From Paraspadella gotoi (Eukaryota; Animalia; Chaetognatha), in assembly GCA_051294375.1 (NCBI GenBank), contig CM119271.1, positions 5,817,991 to 5,881,990 of the forward strand: a DNA stretch of 64,000 bases, read 5' to 3'. Position 1 is the first letter of the stretch. Every line of letters begins with the position of its first letter. Positions 62,575-64,000 of this stretch are shown here, one piece after another. The position numbers were made by a program, and so were the translations under genes. The notes below the pieces were generated by a model that did no database searches, was not told the DNA's origin, and saw only the letters and a program-made list of their open reading frames with translations.

Positions 62575-63805
62575 AGACGCCGGAGACGCCGCCAATGACG
62601 ACGACGACTAGCGCGACGCCATCGTTGATTTTAATGATTAATAATAATTATAATAATAATAATAATAATAATATTTTAATGATACTAATGACAATCTCAT
62701 TGGAAGTAGTTAAGGTCATCCCTTCCCACGCCCCCAAATGAGTAGCTTATGCTTTATGAATCCCGATGTCGCGTGGATTAGACTAATAAGTAACGTTGCT
62801 AAATACGGATTTTTGTCCTGATAGTTGTTAATTATTTTTAAATTAAGTAAATTATAGGACCATTTTCATCATCTAATCCAGGTCCGAGCGGGTTCATAAA
62901 CTCGCTACTCGAATACGGAATGATCTGAATATTTAAAATGTAATGCTATAATATATAATTTTTGAAAAAAAGTTTTGCAAACAAAAAAAATTAGATATTA
63001 GAATATTTAATCTTCATGTAGTAATTAAGGAAAACCTCTGACTTGAACAATGAACAAATCATAATGTATATTGGAAATATTGTCAACGTCATATGAATAT
63101 AAGATTAGAATCGATTTCTGTCCAAGATTTCTCTGGTGAAGAAAATTGAGTAACAGTTAAGAGCGTTAACCGTTAACATTTCCGCCATCGTTAAAAAGGA
63201 TTAGCCTTTAATCTCTCGTCGCCGGTGTTGGTGGCTATAGTTCCGTCAAAGAACAAATGTGAAAACGGCTAACAACGGCAAGGATCTGGCTCGCGTTTTT
63301 TCTCTCGCTCTAAATCGATGGCAGATAAAGCATTAAGATTAACATAAAGGGGCCGTGTCTTCCCATCGATTTTTCCCGTCGACTTTTTGACACATCGACT
63401 TTGACACTCGCGTCAGATAACCGAAGACGTTTTTGTCAAGAAACGCGTCGATAATTGGACGGGCAACGGCGAAAGAATTCATGGAAAACAAAAAAGATCA
63501 ATAAAGATGCAGGGGAACATACATTTCGCTGACTACAAAATTCCCGGAGATTTAAGCTCGTGGATGATTACGAAAGTTGCCAAATTTTTGAAATATCATC
63601 ACAATTTAGTGACGAGCGATTTAAAAATTTCGTAAGGAAATGGAACATGGACAATCAACAGACGGAAGCTTTTTAATATCGTTAAAGACTTGCCCTATAC
63701 TGATGGAGGCCTTAAACCACCAAAGCCTGTCCAAAGTCAGGGGCAAGATAGCTTATTTATTAAATGAATGGATAATTTTTATATTGGTTGTACCAATTTC
63801 ATATA

Positions 63806-63946
63806 TTCAATATAAGCCGTCCCTGAGCTGAGGATCAGGCTGTATCACTCTAAGTGATAAGCAGCCACCGGGTTAAAACCCCGGACCTTTGAGATGGGAG
63901 GCAAATGACTTGCCTCCTGTTTCAATGGCCGCTAATGAACGGTTGG
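63806..63946 (+). mobile_element. Structured repeat family A, copy 4
   Basis: TTCAATATAAGCCGTCCCTGAGCTGAGGATCAGGC...CCGGGTTAAAACCCCGG...GGAGGCAAATGACTTGCCTCC...ATGGCCGCTAATGAACGGTTGG. Confidence 0.75.
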
Positions 63947-64000
63947 CGGTTTTTTGTCCACCATAATCTCTTCATCTTATCCTCGTTTATCATAATGTGA

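Overview
AT-rich animal (metazoan) genomic DNA with GC-rich exons, many microsatellites and short non-autonomous repeats. Four spliced protein-coding genes could be reconstructed by hand with consistent exon phases: a secreted, degenerate CAP/SCP-domain gene (+, 4063-5394), tomosyn/STXBP5 (-, 20 coding exons, 8581-24488), a PC1/3-type prohormone convertase (-, 13 exons, 48660-59183) and a divergent beta-tubulin (+, 4 exons, 60203-62574) lying head-to-head with the convertase. The most unusual structure is in tomosyn intron 6. A complete 662-bp LTR is joined to a 33-nt copy of tRNA-Lys(CTT) positions 44-76, including CCA. It is inserted without a target-site duplication into one arm of a ~280-bp palindrome, which fits a retroelement strong-stop cDNA captured by end-joining at a hairpin break. 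Also present: a second, hairpin-dense solo LTR, two DINE-1/HINE-like (Helentron-derived) families, a dispersed repeat whose stems show compensatory changes, unusually relaxed splice signals, and a ~1-kb duplication near a 25-N gap that is probably an assembly artefact. All homology calls rest on recalled family motifs, not database searches.
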